Assembly: GCA_963767735.1 (NCBI GenBank)
Contig: CAVYES010000004.1
Span: forward strand, 352,001 to 416,000
DNA: 64,000 nucleotides
DNA from: Candidatus Bathyarchaeota archaeon
GTDB lineage: Archaea > Thermoproteota > Bathyarchaeia > Bathyarchaeales > Bathycorpusculaceae
Direction: 5' to 3'
Part shown: in pieces, positions 60,782 to 64,000 of the stretch
Numbering within the stretch: position 1 is the stretch's first letter
How the letters are laid out: every line of letters starts with the position of its first letter
Translations under genes and position numbers: made by a program
Notes under the pieces: generated by a model
The model's input: only the letters and a program-made list of their open reading frames with translations
Databases searched by the model: none
What the model was told of the DNA's origin: nothing

Positions 60782-63208
60782 TTAAGCTGCTCTTTGAGTT
60801 GAATGCAGCGCAGGGGAAGTTCCGTGTTTCTTTGTTGGTTGCTGCATTTTTTTTGAGAGCTGGTATAGTAAACTGCTTATTGCTATGGCGAAAGCTGGGA
60901 AAGCTGGAAGGATGTACCAGTAAAGTTTTGTTTGCGCAAAAGTGAACACTGCCAGCACGATTACCATCCATAAAAGAATTAAAGTGTCTTCTTTTAAACG
61001 CTTAAAAACCGCGTTGAATGCGCAAAGTGCAGCCGCAAAAGGCAGCAGTATTACCCAAAGCAGGTTTTCGTTATTGGCTAAGTAGCTAAAATAATACAGA
61101 TAGCCTCCGGCGTGGCCCTCAATGGGACTAACTGTTCGCGTAACGTCAGCGTAGAGGAAAAACCATTGCCAAAACTTCAATCCAAAATTGACGTCCATAT
61201 AGATTAGCCATGGAGAAAAAACCAGAATACCTACTCCCCAAAAAAGGGTAAAGTGTTTTGTGAGGAGAAACCTGATGCTTCTGTGTGTTGCGATGAGATA
61301 CGTGAAGATGATTAGTGGAATGAGTAAGGCTTCAATCTGTTTTGTCATTAGCGCCAACCCGAAAAATAAGCCGCTTAACGCTGCGTATCGGTAGGGTTTT
61401 TCTGTTTTTTCGCTTAAAACAAAAAAGTACAAGCTGCCCAAAATAAAGAAAACTAGTGGAATATCGGTCATTGCGAGTCGTGCAAACACGTAGAAGGTTG
61501 TAGATGTGCCTAAAACAAGCGCCGACATGAACCCAACATAACGATTGTAAAGTGTTTTTCCCAAATAGAAGACAAGCACCAAGGACAAGGTGCCAAATAC
61601 GGCGCTAAAAAACCTTGATGAGAAATTGTTAACGCCGAAGACCTGGTAAGCGAGAGATATCAGCCACATGTTAAGCGGCGGTTTAGCTATCCAAAGTGTT
61701 GAAACGCCAAAAGCCCAAGGAGTCAGGTAGTCCCCTGTTTTAACCATGTGGTATGCCCATTGAGAGTACGTTTGTTCATCGGCGGCTCGAAGAACTCCGC
61801 TCTCTAAATTAATGAAGAATATTGTTGAAAAAGCCAAAATTAGCAAAATGCAAACGGCATCGGCGTGAGCTGAGAACCAGGAGGCGTTTTGAGCCGAAAT
61901 ACTTGTGGCTTTAGCGCTTCGCTTAGCCCGCCAATTTGGAAGAGCAAAAAACACGATTGCAAAAATAATCACAGCCCCAGCAAAACACGCAATCACATCA
62001 AAAGCAATTACCGTCCACGCTAAAGGGCTGCTAGATTTCAAAGCTGAAGTTTCAAGATTGGAATCGTATAAGGCAAAAGCGTAGATGTGATTGTCATCGG
62101 AGCCAACGTAAAGTGTACCATTCGCAATGGCTGGTGAGGAGTCCACGAAATTTCCAGTCGGGTAACTCCATTCCTTTGCGCCTGTTGAAGCGTTAAAGCA
62201 GTAAATGTTGTTGTCTTCTGAGCCGACGTAGACGTTGCCACTTGCAACTGCAGGTGAAGACCAGACCCAATACCCTGTTGGAGTTTGCCATATTTTCTGG
62301 CCGTTTGTAGCGTTTAGGCAATAAAGGTTATTGTCTTCGGAGCCAACATAAACGCAGCCGTAGGCGACAGCTGGGGAAGAGGTCACTGAATCTTGAGTTT
62401 GAAATTTCCAAATCTGGGCGCCTGTGGAGCCATCTAAACAGAAAACATAGCCGTCGATTGAGCCTGTGTAGACGTAACCATCGTATACGCTGGGCGAGGA
62501 GATGCTGCTTCTAGTGTAGCGGTTCCATATCTCGTTACCTGAAGATGCATTAAGAGCGTAAACAAAATAGTCGTCGGAGTCAACATACACTATACCGTCT
62601 GAAACCGCGGGAGACGACTCAACCTCGCCATAGGTGGTGTATTTCCAGAGTTTTGCGCCGCTTGTGGCGTTCAAAGCGTATACATTGTCGTCGTCTGAGC
62701 CTATGTAGACTACGCCGTTGGCAACTGCAGGAGACGAAGTAACCTTGCCTCCGGTGGGGAAGTTCCAGAGTTTTGCGCCATCAGTTGCGTTCAAAGCATA
62801 AACGTTGGCGTCTTCTGAGCCTACATAGACAATCCCGTTGTAAATAGCAGGCGACGACTCCACCGCATCTCCGGTTGGGTAGTACCATACTAGTTGGCCG
62901 TTGGAGGCGTTAATGCAGTAAACTGCGCAATCAACAGAACCTACATAAACGTAGCCGTCCGCGACTGCGGGCGAAGATACAACACCTTGCATCGTTGTGA
63001 AATTCCACAAGAGCTCAGCCGAATCGGTTGAGATAATACCCGTTGCGGTGCCGCTGTGGCTGGGGTCATTACGGAACATTGTCCAATCGGAGGTGGAGCT
63101 GGCGTTTCCTGAGGCTACCGACATGCAATATGGTGAAATCAGGATAAGAAAAATAAGAATGGTTAGCATCCACTTGTGCTTTCTCATTGTCACCATACAA
63201 GAAACCAC
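60782..63208 (-). CDS. PQQ-type beta-propeller fused to an ArnT/PMT-like GT-C glycosyltransferase
   Basis: Signal peptide and about eight PQQ-type repeats, then DEQTY, KPPL..W, SSRF, ARLAMTD, LTK-like MTK and KLYWYILP motifs with many TM helices. Confidence 0.85.
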   Translation of the reverse strand: MVSCMVTMRKHKWMLTILIFLILISPYCMSVASGNASSTSDWTMFRNDPSHSGTATGIISTDSAELLWNFTTMQGVVSSPAVADGYVYVGSVDCAVYCINASNGQLVWYYPTGDAVESSPAIYNGIVYVGSEDANVYALNATDGAKLWNFPTGGKVTSSPAVANGVVYIGSDDDNVYALNATSGAKLWKYTTYGEVESSPAVSDGIVYVDSDDYFVYALNASSGNEIWNRYTRSSISSPSVYDGYVYTGSIDGYVFCLDGSTGAQIWKFQTQDSVTSSPAVAYGCVYVGSEDNNLYCLNATNGQKIWQTPTGYWVWSSPAVASGNVYVGSEDNNIYCFNASTGAKEWSYPTGNFVDSSPAIANGTLYVGSDDNHIYAFALYDSNLETSALKSSSPLAWTVIAFDVIACFAGAVIIFAIVFFALPNWRAKRSAKATSISAQNASWFSAHADAVCILLILAFSTIFFINLESGVLRAADEQTYSQWAYHMVKTGDYLTPWAFGVSTLWIAKPPLNMWLISLAYQVFGVNNFSSRFFSAVFGTLSLVLVFYLGKTLYNRYVGFMSALVLGTSTTFYVFARLAMTDIPLVFFILGSLYFFVLSEKTEKPYRYAALSGLFFGLALMTKQIEALLIPLIIFTYLIATHRSIRFLLTKHFTLFWGVGILVFSPWLIYMDVNFGLKFWQWFFLYADVTRTVSPIEGHAGGYLYYFSYLANNENLLWVILLPFAAALCAFNAVFKRLKEDTLILLWMVIVLAVFTFAQTKLYWYILPAFPAFAIAISSLLYQLSKKMQQPTKKHGTSPALHSTQRAA

Positions 63209-63645
63209 TTGTTGGCGACTACAATATATTAAACTAATTGAAGTTCAAGAGTCATCAACGGCCTGGGTCAGCGTAACCGCATTTTGGGCAAACTGCATTC
63301 TCGGGAACCGTGGCGCGGCAATGAGGACATGTAGACATACCGAATTTTTCTCCTTAATACGGTTAGAACGAACAGAAATTATTTGTGATTAAAGTTTTCT
63401 GCCAGCAAAACTAACGTTACACACCTGCTTTTTTATGGCTCAGCCGAAAAAGCTTACGTGAAACGACAATGTTATTGCTGTCGCTTTCATTATTATATGC
63501 TTGGCACTTGGGGTGGCGGGGACTCTGGCGATTGGCTTTGGAAAAATTTATTTGGTGTTTGTGGGTGTTTTCCGCAAAGAATAAATCGTTAGTCAAGCCT
63601 GTTCCTTCACCTCATAGCTTCGCTGCAACCCTGTGGAGAAAGCTA

Positions 63646-64000
63646 ATGAAGCTACGGCTATCCAAAAAAACTGCAATCACCTTAATCATCCTTTTAGCAG
63701 TACTGCTGAACTTTAGCATTTTTTGTTTCGCGTATCCTCAAACGTTTACGCCAGAATCGCCTAATCTTGCCAGAGATTTTTCAGCCTACTACAATGGGGA
63801 ATGGCGATTGTTCCACAATCCAAGCCAAATCTACAATGGAAGCGGTCAGCCGGGCGATTATCAGATTCTTGGGCAGCCGCAAGCTTTCAAGTATACTCCT
63901 TCCTTTCTGATACTTTTTGCGCCATTTTTAACCTTAAGCTACCAGAACGCGCTGAACGCTTTTGACATAATGCAGTTCCTTTCAATTCTAGCTTTGGCTT
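63646..64000 (+). CDS. GT87-like (DUF2029) GT-C glycosyltransferase, N-terminal part (runs off the window)
   Basis: Hand translation: N-terminal TM, RDFSAYY, FKYTPSFLILFAPF. Confidence 0.7.
   Translation, partial: MKLRLSKKTAITLIILLAVLLNFSIFCFAYPQTFTPESPNLARDFSAYYNGEWRLFHNPSQIYNGSGQPGDYQILGQPQAFKYTPSFLILFAPFLTLSYQNALNAFDIMQFLSILALA

Overview
This is an archaeal chromosomal segment. Nop5 plus fibrillarin, archaeal-type TpiA, RNase HII and TrmB point to an archaeon; the surface-protein families suggest Bathyarchaeia (inference). From left to right it holds: a ClC channel (partial) and NhaP antiporter; a cluster of redox and hydrolase genes, partly bacterial-looking, between two tRNA-3'-like repeats; and a complete 3.2 kb IS6-family element (24-bp TIRs, 8-bp TSD TTTAATAA) with five passenger ORFs. 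Next come ABC transporters, DedA, DUF362 and a GNAT, an uncharacterised three-gene operon led by a SelO/kinase-like protein, and many secreted beta-propeller and beta-helix surface proteins. After mdh and pyrB lies an HTH + ATP-cone + class III ribonucleotide reductase (NrdD) homologue that appears to lack the catalytic radical residues. The right half has a PAS-kinase/response-regulator cluster, two zinc-ribbon microproteins, a long RNA hairpin, nop5-flpA, rnhB, TrmB-CBS, tpiA, DUF89, glycogen debranching enzyme, galT, UspA and two GT-C glycosyltransferases. The top candidate for a new system is the catalytically dead NrdD fused to a DNA-binding domain, a putative nucleotide-sensing regulator. 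Other leads are the cargo-carrying IS6 element, the kinase-like operon, a recurrent PFPT-TM-basic C-terminal motif and several apparent non-canonical start codons. No rRNA, complete tRNA or CRISPR array was seen. All family assignments come from motif recognition by eye, not from database searches.
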